Of a stretch of 58,394 nt of DNA, positions 48,408 to 58,394 are shown piece after piece (positions within the stretch are counted from its first letter, which is position 1; each line of letters opens with the position of its first letter). A model generated the notes under the pieces. That model was not told the origin of the DNA and ran no database searches. It was given only the letters and a program-made list of their open reading frames with translations. The stretch spans positions 28,866 to 87,259 of the forward strand of contig NW_003314445.1 in the NCBI RefSeq assembly GCF_000143415.4, given 5' to 3'. Origin of the DNA: Selaginella moellendorffii. Taxonomy: Eukaryota > Plantae > Lycopodiophyta. The position numbers and the translations under genes are program-made.

Positions 48408-49341
48408 CGGCATAGTATTGAAGTGCCAGGTCCTCCACACTGCATTTTTGCCCATCGTAGCCATAAAATCTGCTCTTCATTCCATTGGCATTGTTTAGCG
48501 GCCTTCCCATAATCGTCACCTTCAGAAACAGAGTTGTAGCTGAAGGCCAAATATCTGGAAGACACAGTACGTACCACCTTGTGTTTTTTCTTTAAAAGCG
48601 CTGCATATGGAGGTACTGTCCACCTTCTATTTCCTAGTCAGAGAACCCTCCGTTGCAAAGCGATACGATCCCCTCCTCGGACGTTGAAATCGTTTAATCC
48701 GTTTTCTGCAACGAGCAGGCTCTCTTCTAAACGAGAATTCTGAGAGACTTCCAATAGTCCGACTCTGGATCTCACGCAAATCAAGCTTGAGGCGTGCAGC
48801 TTCCGATGTACTCTCGGAGACATATCCCTGAAAGCTTTGTGAACAATTGAAAAACGCCCCAAAGATTATTACCTGAACGTCTACCACGCCTTTGTCCATG
48901 AGAGGAGACAAATAACGCAAAAGCTCTTTTGGAATATGTCCCAGCGAAAGCCCATCCGCCGTAAGCACCTGGCGCAATGTTGTTGTCAGCCATGAAACAC
49001 GTCCATTCAGTCAAGTTTACCTTCACAGCGTATGTATCCATGGGATTTTCTGGTTCCCTTACCAGGTGAACTCGCATCCCAGCTTGGCACTCGACGTCTC
49101 TGTGGCACTTGCGGCCAGCAATCCTTGCCTCCAGGCAACCATTGTAAAGATCTCTAGTTTCACTGTTGAGCTCTGCCGGAAGGACGCTGTTGGCCACGTC
49201 GGGCTCCTCAAAGCTTTCAAAAGTAGAAGAAACTTCCGGTTTTGGAGACCCTGCCGCCGGGTTACAGTCGACCCCAGTCTCGAGCGGAGGAGACTTCTGG
49301 ATTTAAAGTACGCAGTGTCCGCTTTCCTCGTACTCTATCTT
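48408..49341 (-). pseudogene. FAN1: Inverted, internally deleted FAN1 fragment (copy 4)
   Basis: HIRAN exons (48741-49341) joined to distal exons LEESLLVAENG...DLALQYYAGE (48408-48735); N-gap 49342-49441. Confidence 0.85.
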
Positions 49342-49689
49342 NNNNNNNNNNNNNNNNNNNNNNNNNNNNNNNNNNNNNNNNNNNNNNNNNNNNNNNNNNN
49401 NNNNNNNNNNNNNNNNNNNNNNNNNNNNNNNNNNNNNNNNNAAGGGAAAAGAAAAAAAAAAAAAAAAAAAGAAAAAAAGCAAGAAAGGGAATGGAGAACT
49501 AGCCGGGACCATACAGCAACACAAGAGATCTCTTAGCGTGCTTCGACCAATGGGGAGAAGTTAATATGTACACGACACTTCAAGACTATGAAGTCAATAT
49601 AAATCGCAATCTCACTCCTCAATGCTATAAAAACAGCCCCAAAATTCCATTGCAGAACCACGAGTTCTCATACTATCCATTTAAGTACC

Positions 49690-50468
49690 ATGGCATTAGT
49701 CATGATAATGTTTATGCTATGCCTCCTAGGATTTTCTCCGTTCTCTACACTGGCATCTCCCTCTAGTATTATAACTGTGTCTGTGTTTAGGAAGTTCTTC
49801 CCATCCAACATCGCGAATCCTTTCTACACATACAATGATTTCATTGCGGCAACAAAATACTATCCCACGTTTGGAAGCTCGGGGAGTCTTGATGTTCAAA
49901 AGAGGGAACTGGCTGCCTACTTTGCAAATGTGAAGCAGGAGACTGGAAGTAAACTCGCTTAGTATTTATCCATTAATTTCACTAATGTCTTTGATTGTAG
50001 CACTGCAATACATTCGAGAGATCAACCGAAACAACGTCTATTGTGACACTAGCCGTGGGATCCCATGTCCTGCAGGTACAAAGGCTTACTATGGAAGAGG
50101 ACCTTTGCAGCTCACCTGGTAAGCTGAAAATGTTATATTCAATATTTAAAGTGTATATATACAGGAATTACAATTACGATGCTGCTGGAAAGGCTTTCAA
50201 CATGAACCTCCTCCAAAATCCAGACCAGGTTGCTCAGAATGGCGTCCTTTCATGGAGGTCATCAGTGTGGTTTTGGATGCAAAATTCGAATTGCCACACC
50301 GCAATAACACAGAACCAAGGATTTGGAGCTACAATTCGAGCCATCAATGGAGGTCAGGAGTGTGGCAAGGGCAGTGAGACACAACCCGCACAGAACCGCA
50401 TCAATTATTACAAGGACTTTTGCTCACAGTTGGGTGTTTCACCAGGTGGGAACCTTGGCTGTGCTTAA
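49690..50468 (+). CDS. Secreted GH19 chitinase, apparently intact
   Basis: Same three-exon structure and motifs as 36028-36806. Confidence 0.9.
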
Positions 50469-50603
50469 TCAAATGTTTTTAAAAGTAATGAATAAGTAAT
50501 TAACGACTGAGTATGTATTAATAAAAACAAATAATAAATCTGGTTGTTGATGATTGCAATCTTTACAATAGCAAGAATTACTAGAGGAGAATGCTGAAAA
50601 GTC

Positions 50604-51100
50604 CTGCAATACATTCGAGAGATCAACCGAAGCCCTGCAATACATTCGAGAGATCAACCGAAACAACGTCTATTGTGACACTAGTCGTGGAATCCCATGT
50701 CCTGCAGGTACAAAGGCTTACTATGGAAGAGGACCTTTGCAGCTCACTTGGTAAGCTGAAAATGTTATATTCAATATTTAAAGTGTATATATACAGGAAT
50801 TACAATTACGATGCTGCTGGAAAGGCTTTCAACATGAACCTCCTCCAAAATCCAGACCAGGTTGCTCAGAATGGCGTCCTTTCATGGAGGTCATCAGTGT
50901 GGTTTTGGATGCAAAATTCGAATTGCCACACCGCAATAACACAGAACCAAGGATTTGGAGCTACAATCCGAGCCATCAATGGAGGCCAGGAGTGTGGCAA
51001 GGGCAGTGAGACACAACCCGCACAGAACCGCATCAATTATTACAAGGACTTTTGCTCACAGTTGGGTGTTTCACCAGGTGGGAACCTTGGCTGTGCTTAA
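50604..51100 (+). pseudogene. Tandem partial GH19 chitinase (exons 2-3 only)
   Basis: Lacks exon 1; begins with a short duplication of CTGCAATACATTCGAGAGATCAACCGA. Confidence 0.8.
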
Positions 51101-52232
51101 ACAAATGTTTTTAAAAGTAATGAATAAGTAATTAACTACTGAATAAAAACAAATAATAAATCTGGAAATTGGTCGTTGATGATTTTAATCTTTACAGTAG
51201 CAAGAATTACTAGAGGAGAATGCTGAAAAGTCTATAATAAAGCCGATAATAATATCTTGCCTATCAGTCTACTTACAAAATGGGTAAAGTTGCAAGATGA
51301 TGGATATCTAAAAAAATTTGGTATCTAAAAAGCATTGCTGATATTACTGCATGTTCATTTTAAACAGAAATTCTAAGTACTTGCTTTGTTGCTACCATCG
51401 GTTCTATCCCACTATTGAAGCTGATCGAGGTATCCAGTGTGATAAATTAACCTTTGGGGGGATTGTCGTTAAAACGACTTGAAATAGCTAAGCAAAATAC
51501 TGTCTCAGTATGATATTAGCTTATTCTAGTGCAGATAATATGGCCCAAAAGCAAAATTAGAGACCTTGGATTAGCTTCTAGCAATCTTTACAGTAGCAAG
51601 AATTACTAGAGGAGAATGCTGAAAAGTCATGTATAATAAAGCCGATAATAATATCTTGCCTATCAGTCTACATGCTTTATTTCGTTAAAGTGGGACTTTT
51701 CATTATCCCACTTATGGTGTGTGGCCACATGCCATTTTTATAACAACAATAAAAAATTGAAGTTTTAACTTTATAATTTATAAATTAAAAACTTTTCATA
51801 TGATTTTGTGTTATAATATTGTGAAATATAAAATAATAAATTAAAAAACTGATAGAAATATTAATAAATATTAATTAAGTACTAGGAAATGGCATGTGGA
51901 CACATGCTAATTAATGTCCCACTTTACTGAATAAGTCCCACTTTAACGAAATAAAGCATCTACTTAGAAAGTGGGTAAGATGATGGATATCTAAACAATT
52001 TTGTTATGTAAAAGGCATTGCTGATATTACCACATGAGACATGTGAGGGAGAGAGGTCAGACCTAAACCCTTCTTCTCGTTCGTTTTAAATGGAAACTCT
52101 AAGTACTTGCTTTGTTGCCACCATCGGTTCCATCCCACTCTCGAAGCTGGAGTGTGATAAATTAACCTGCGCGGGATTGTCGTTAAAACAACGACTTAAA
52201 ATAGCTAAGCAAAATACTGTCTCAGTATGATA

Positions 52233-52650
52233 CTTCCAGTTTCCTGCTTCACATTTGCAAATTAGGCAGCCAGTTCCCTCTTTTGAACATCAAGACTCCC
52301 CGACAGTAAACTCACATAGCATTTATCCATTAATCTCATACTACGGAAGAGGGTCTTTGCAGCTCACCTGGTAAGCTGGAAATGTTATATTCAAAATTTA
52401 AAGAGTATATATATGCAGGAATTACAATTACGATGCTGCTGGAAAGGCTTTCAACATGAACCTCCTCCAAAATCTAGACCAGGTTGCTCAGAATGGCATC
52501 CTTTTGTGGAGGTCATCAGTGTGGTTTTGGATGCAAAATTCGAATTGCCACACATAGAACCAAGGATTTGGAGCTACAATTCGAGCCATCAATGGAGGTC
52601 AGGAGTGTGGCAAGGGCAGTGAGACACACACACAGAACCGTATCTGTTTT
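52233..52650 (+). pseudogene. GH19 chitinase fragment with internal micro-inversion
   Basis: Inverted counterpart of 45568-46002; 52233-52303 is flipped. Confidence 0.75.
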
Positions 52651-52892
52651 TAAAAGTAATTATTAATCAACTAATTAGTTCAACCTCCTTAAAGCTGTTC
52701 CTTGGTCAAGTTTCCCTGCTAGAACATGAAGGACAAGAAGACTTAGCGAGGAAGGGGGATAGAGCATGTATACCAAGGTGTGGCAATAAAGAGACTTATT
52801 TGGAGATCATCTTCGAGTTTTAAGACAACGATCACATCGTTTCTGCATGATCAGCGACATCAAGTCGACATTCTGCTCGCCCAACAATTGAT

Positions 52893-53278
52893 CCCATTTT
52901 GCAAAGTATTAACTCGAATTATGCCAATGGGGTGAATTTTGCGGTCTCTGGAGTGACTGCTTTGAACACCAGCCTCGAAGTCCCACTGTACCTTTCGGTT
53001 CAGATTGACCAGTTTCTAAGGTTCAAGCAGGATGCTTACGACAGCGGACATGGTAAAGGTAATGATTCTTCTCAGACTTTGCAAAGGTTAGTGTAGTTTC
53101 CTCTGTAGGGACGCAAAAGCTAGTTCCTTATTATCATCATCTAAAGACTGCTCTATATGTGGTTGTCATAAGTACTAATGACCTTCTCAATTCCTACTTG
53201 TTGGAGCATAGAAGCTCTAAGAATGTAACAGTTGAGGTTGTTCTATATGTTGTGAGAGCCATCTCTTACACATTATAG
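52893..53278 (+). pseudogene. GDSL esterase/lipase fragment (copy 3)
   Basis: NYANGVNFAVSGVTALNTSLEVPLYLSVQIDQFLRF; exon 1 deleted. Confidence 0.8.
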
Positions 53279-53279
53279 G

Positions 53280-53730
53280 TATATAAATTCTAGGTTCCAA
53301 ATGTATAGTAGGGATAGTGGGTAGGTTAGGTATGGCCAACTAACTTGATGAATAATCTAACTTTCGTTTGCATGCATGTCCTTGTTTTGTGTCTGGCTTA
53401 AGTCTAAGCCCAAGTTTCATACTATGCTAGTTGGTGGAGTACTCATATCCTTGCATTAGGTCACCAGTATATTGAAATAACACCAAACTCCGTTTGGCTT
53501 CGTTTCACGTGTTAGTTCTGGCATTATGTTTTATGTCACTCCATGCTTCTGTCCCTTCGCTCCTTGAGCTGTATGCTCAAGACAAGAGTCACTCCGTCCT
53601 CTAGTTCTTTTGCTCCTTAGCTCCATATTTAGAAGTTTGGCTCCGTTCTTTGTTCAATTGCACAAGGCCTTGAAACTTGGGTTCTGCTCTACTATCCTTG
53701 GATATGTGACATGGCATATAAAAGGTTTAC
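53280..53730 (+). mobile_element. LTR-like fragment
   Basis: Homologous to 22566-23060 and, inverted, to 33630-34170. Confidence 0.6.
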
Positions 53731-53743
53731 ATTCTTGAAGAGG

Positions 53744-56700
53744 TGTGAAAACTCCTCTTCGCTGGAAATCTATTGTTAGTATGAAAACAAAAGAGAAAAG
53801 GGCCCAATCTCCAAGGGTAGAGAAGAAGCACGAGTAAAAGAATGCTGTGTATTGATAAGAAAAACGATGGAATGGAGATAGGGATCCACAATTCGGATTC
53901 CCCCTTTTGAAAGGCTAGCGGTTCTAACTGCTAGTATATACTATATGCTGTGCATGATTTAATCTATGGCTCCGATGCAACCCTGGGTTCAAGGTCGGAG
54001 TCCCTTGAACCTTGTTTTTGGTTGAGACACTCTGCTCCCCTGACAGAACTAGACACCGTCCTCGGTGTGAACATAGTCAGTCTCCATCGCTTGTTGTTGC
54101 TGCTGCTCCAGTCGATAGAGGCAACGTTTTTGCTGTGGGAGTGTAAGCTTGTGGTTGGGGACACTGTCTGGTGGATCTGTCCCATCTTCCTGGAGGTTGG
54201 CTACCTCAGCCAGAAGGGCGGTATGATCATCCTCGAGCTTCTGGTCGCGGGTGTTGAACTCTTCATATTTGAATTTGTAGGTGAATTCATGAGCTGCTGA
54301 TGGGGTTGATGGCTGTTTGGAGACGATCTTCCTGATGTCCCGGAGGTCAGTGCGGATTTGCTTCATCTCCTCGAGCTGAGTTTCTAGTCGGTGGTTTAAA
54401 GGCTTGTAAAACTCCTTCTTGACTGCTCCCCAGGTGTATATGAAGGAATCTTGCTTGAGAAGATGCTGTGCAATGTCAGCTGGTGTTGGCAAGTGGTTTG
54501 CTTGCTCACGGTACATGCGTTGATCGAGGGCTTTGAACAACTTGCGGGTGCAGTAGCACTTTGGGCCTATCGAACTGCATATAAAGTCACCACCGACATG
54601 ACGCCATTCAAACTTGCCTTCGGAACAGAAGCCATCACGCCAATTGAATTCATCGTCCCAAGCATGCGAGTCACCGTCAAGTATAATCTCGACACCCAAC
54701 ATGCAGTTCGAGAAAGGCTTCAGCAACTCGAACATCTCGACGAACTCCGACTCAATGCCCTCTGGACACTTCACACCATCCAAAAACAGAGAAAAGCTCA
54801 GCACGACCGACAAGCATCTCGGCATAACATTCCCAAATACAGCGTCGCCGCCGCCTCACACACAAAACACCAACAAATCCAGCTCCAAAACCGCTGATCC
54901 GAGAGCACCTCGTCATCAGCGACAATAAAGACAACTCACACCAGTTTTCACACTCACCCCAGAGCCCAAATCCACTCGAATCAGCCCCAAAACCGACAAC
55001 TTCTCACAAACACATCAACATCGCCAAAGCAAAACATCAGCTGCTCGCCCAGAACTCAGTTTCTCCACCAGCTGAGAACAACATTCTCACCGCCCCAACC
55101 TCCTTGACACGTTCCACAAAAGAAAACATCGACTACCTTCGCCAATCACTTGCAGAACATGGAACCATGCCTACTCCAGCAAATGCCACGACCAGCAAAC
55201 TTCTGCCCCTTCAACAAAATTCCAAGAGAAAAATTTGCCAACGGATACATTAATTTTAGTGCCACATCTAGGCAGTTCATCCAGCATCAAACCGAAAAGC
55301 TCCTCTCCACCCACCTCAAAGAATCCAGCCCAACCACGTCACCCACATCCAACGAAGCAGATTAAGCCTCCAGCAACTTCAACTCCTAGCAAGAACACAG
55401 CGAACCCTAGCAAGATACACCAGGATCACGGAGTAGGAGCAGGAGCAGCAGCCATGCCTCAGCCACAGAGTTAGGTATGCCGTGATTACGATGAGATCAG
55501 GAAGGAATACGAGGATAAACTCGAGAAGTTTGTCATCCCAGTCTTTGCCGGAATCATTGATGACTTTTTTGAGGATGGTCTTCAGTGTTTTGTTTGTTGC
55601 TTCTGCTTGACCATTGCCTTGAGGATAGTATGGTATCGACGTTTTGTGTCGGATTTTGAACTTGGTGGCGAGATATTCGATTGTTTCGTTGATGAAATGG
55701 GTGCCTCTGTCAGTGACGAGTTCGAGTGGTGTGCCGAAACGAGTGATGATATTTTCATAGATAAAGGTTGCTGTTGCTTTCGCTGTGGCATGTCGGAGAG
55801 GTATTGCTTCGGCCCACTTGGTAGTGTAATCGGTGGCAACGATGATGTACTGATTTTGTCGACGGGTGCTGACTTGGGGTCCGACAAAGTCGAGTCCCCA
55901 CTTCTGAAATGGTGCCATTGGAAATGTTGGGTTGAGTTGTTGAGTCTGAGTTTTCTGCAGTAATCGGTGTCGTTGACATGTGTCGCAGCGTTTGCAAAAT
56001 TCTTCAGTGTCGTGCCAGAGTGTTGGCCACCAGAGGCTGGCTTGAAGAATCTTCCGAGTGGTGGTGTCAGCGGCGAAGTGTCCGCCAGAAGGTCCATCAT
56101 AAGCTTCCTTGATGATTTGAGTTGTGTTTGGCTGCTTGATGCATCGGCGAAGAATGTTGTCAATTCCGAGTTTGTAGAGAGTGCCTCCAATGATTGAGTA
56201 TTGTCGGGTTTTAGCAACAAAAGTCTTCTTTTGGTCGGACGTAGTGTACTGATCTGGAACTTTTGCTGAGTTCAGGTAACTGAAGACGTCATCGAGCCAG
56301 GTTGCTGGTATTGAAACTCGGAATAGGTTTGAGTCGGGTAAGTTGTCGGTAAGTCTTTCGGGTTTGTCACTGGTGGTGATCCGGCTGAGATAGTCTGCTT
56401 GCTCGTGATTTTTGCCAGGTTTGTGGACGATCTTGAAGTTGTATTCTTGTAGTAAAAGGAACCATCTTGATATTCGACCAGATAGTATCGGCTTGTTGAT
56501 GAGGTAAAGGAGTGCCTTGTGGTCGATGAAAAGGACGACTTTTGTTGACAGTATGTAGTGTCGGAACTTCTGAAGTGAGTAGATCATACCAAGAGCTTCT
56601 TTCTCGGTGGTGGTGTAATTTCGTTCAGCTGGGTTGAGTAGTCGGCTGGCGTAGTAGATTGGTTGATCTCGGTTGTCGTGTTGAGTTTGGCTGAGAATTG

Positions 56701-58394
56701 CACCAGTGGCGACGTCGGAAGTGTCAACATGAATGTGGAACTCTTGTGTCCAGTGGGGTTTGGCAAGGATTGGTGCTGTTGTTAGTTTGAGTCGGAGATT
56801 GTTGAATGCTTGTTGCTGTTTGGACGTCCATGTCCATTTCAGTCCATCGGTGAGTGGTTTGGCGATGTGAGCGTACTTGTGGATGAATCGTTGGTGATAT
56901 CCGACTTTGCTGAGGAAGCGCCGAAGTTCTTTCTGATTCTTAGGCGGTTCTCCGAAATCTCTGTCCGGTTGTTGTTGTTTTTCTGCTCGAATTTGTGCTC
57001 GGGTTTGTACTGCCATGACTTGAGGATCTGAGTCATCATTGTCAGCTGGTTGAATCTCGGTTCGAAATGTGTCAACAGCTGTCTGTGTCGAGTTGAGTGT
57101 GGGCAAGTCTGTCAAAGTGTTGGTCAGTGCAGATGTTAGATCGGTGAGTTGTTTGGTGAGGTAGGGTGCAATCTTCAGCAGTTGGCCGATGGTGATTTGA
57201 ATATTTTGGTTGAGGATACTCTCTGCTACTGCTTGGATTTTGTCGAAGTTTGCCAAATTGTGTTCTGGTGTCGGTGTCGATGTTGGACGATTTGTCTGTC
57301 GGTTTTCTGGTATTGAGTCTTGGCATTGTTGTCGAGCTGGTGATGGTTGAGCTTCATTGTTGGAGTCTAAATCACTAATTCGGGTGGTTGTAGAGTGAGT
57401 TGCCATTGTATCTTGGCGGCTAACTTCTGCTTCTTTTTCCATTCCTGGAGTTTTGTCGGGATCTCAGGGCCTTTCTCTTTACTATCTCTGAAATCTCTGT
57501 CCAGTTGTTGTTGTTTTTCTGCTCAAATTTGTGCTCGGGTTTGTACTGCCATGACTTGAGGATCTGAGTCATCATTGTCGGCATAAGGTAGTTCGTCGGT
57601 CTCGACCATCCTTGTTGTTGGTGGTTGCTGCTGGTTCTGATCTTGTTGTTGAGGAGGCGGTGGACCAAGTCTCGGTGGACCGCCTTGGTTTTGAAGTCGA
57701 GGTTGCCATGGTCGGTTGTTATAGTTGCCTTGGTAGCCGTGGTCTTGATAACCTTGGCCTTGGTATCTTCGGTTTTGGTATCTTGGGTATTGTTGGTATC
57801 CTTAGTTGTAGTTGTCTCGGTTTGCTGGGTAGTTCCGGTTTGGCAGGTGTTGTCGATCGTTGTAGTTGGTGTTGTAGTCATTGTTGTAATTGTTGTAGTT
57901 GTTGTAGCGAGGTTGATCAGTCCATTGTCGACTTTGGTGTTGGAAGTTGTTTCTCAGCGGTCTCCAGTTTTTCGGAGGTGGTGTTTGGTAATTGTCGAAG
58001 TATTGATTTGGATATGGTTGTCGAAACTGCTGTCGGGGATAGTTCGAGACTTGTCAAACTTCTGGAGAATTTCAAAATCTACAAGTCTTGGCGTCATGAC
58101 CTTCTTTGGCACAGATCTGGCATTTGGAGATTTGGAGCTTACAGTCACTTTCCGGATGTCCTTCGTTCTTGCACTTAGCACACCAAATTCCAGATCGAAA
58201 TTTTTTTATGTCGGCCTTGGCTTTTCCCTTGAGCTTGTCGATTGTTTTCCTGAGTTTCCGAAGTTTTGACTTGGTGCTCTCTCCAAGTTCATCGTCGGAG
58301 TCGTCGGCAGCCCTGCTATCAGAATCTGAGTTATCTGTGTCATCTACTTGTGCTGTCATTCGTCACGCTTGAACATCTGAAGGGCTCTGCGAGG
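53744..58394 (-). mobile_element. Ty3/gypsy LTR retrotransposon (gag zinc knuckles, RNase H, integrase, 3' extra ORF), protease/RT largely deleted, with internal inversion
   Basis: CAKCKNEGHPESDC and CQICAKEGHDAKTC knuckles; RNase H HVDTSDVATGAIL...YTTTEKEALG; integrase GGHF...CDTCQ...WGLDFVGP...TDRGTHF...NGQAEATN; candidate short 3' LTR TGTG..CACA at 53744-53890 next to a PPT. Confidence 0.9.
55379..57442 (-). CDS. Gypsy pol remnant (RT thumb-RNase H-integrase core)
   Basis: 687-aa ORF with RNase H and rve motifs; true C-terminus lies on the + strand at 54551-54897 because of an inversion. Confidence 0.85.
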   Translation of the reverse strand: MEKEAEVSRQDTMATHSTTTRISDLDSNNEAQPSPARQQCQDSIPENRQTNRPTSTPTPEHNLANFDKIQAVAESILNQNIQITIGQLLKIAPYLTKQLTDLTSALTNTLTDLPTLNSTQTAVDTFRTEIQPADNDDSDPQVMAVQTRAQIRAEKQQQPDRDFGEPPKNQKELRRFLSKVGYHQRFIHKYAHIAKPLTDGLKWTWTSKQQQAFNNLRLKLTTAPILAKPHWTQEFHIHVDTSDVATGAILSQTQHDNRDQPIYYASRLLNPAERNYTTTEKEALGMIYSLQKFRHYILSTKVVLFIDHKALLYLINKPILSGRISRWFLLLQEYNFKIVHKPGKNHEQADYLSRITTSDKPERLTDNLPDSNLFRVSIPATWLDDVFSYLNSAKVPDQYTTSDQKKTFVAKTRQYSIIGGTLYKLGIDNILRRCIKQPNTTQIIKEAYDGPSGGHFAADTTTRKILQASLWWPTLWHDTEEFCKRCDTCQRHRLLQKTQTQQLNPTFPMAPFQKWGLDFVGPQVSTRRQNQYIIVATDYTTKWAEAIPLRHATAKATATFIYENIITRFGTPLELVTDRGTHFINETIEYLATKFKIRHKTSIPYYPQGNGQAEATNKTLKTILKKVINDSGKDWDDKLLEFILVFLPDLIVITAYLTLWLRHGCCSCSYSVILVYLARVRCVLARS

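Noticed and set aside
57612-58269. Hydrophobic plus-strand ORFs
   Set aside because: Antisense to the low-complexity Asn/Gln/Thr-rich gag region of the gypsy element.

Overview
Eukaryotic plant genomic DNA with very short (~50-70 bp) GT-AG introns; gene content and style suggest a lycophyte such as Selaginella (inference). The window is a repeat-rich, heavily rearranged region with two assembly gaps. Main result: a 14.5-kb Mutator-like (MULE) DNA transposon at 16709-31186, delimited by imperfect G-starting TIRs and an 8-bp TSD that is supported by an empty paralogous site at ~6270. Besides a GCM/WRKY-like + DDE + SWIM transposase, it carries an intron-containing gene fusing a ParB-like domain to a beta-class N6-adenine/N4-cytosine DNA methyltransferase-like domain, two small Zn-finger genes and an array of spaced palindromes. 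A diverged second family member with the same cargo order and right TIR occupies 1-5457. Nested in the MULE are a solo LTR and a 5S-rRNA-bearing Cassandra TRIM. The rest is a tandemly and invertedly duplicated block (gag/LTR remnant - GDSL lipase - GH19 chitinase - FAN1 nuclease, plus TTC38, PPR and kelch fragments), mostly pseudogenised, with a fold-back palindrome centred at ~48.4-48.7 kb, several near base-exact inversions and two degenerate Ty3/gypsy elements. All calls were made by eye from sequence and ORF motifs; no database searches were run.
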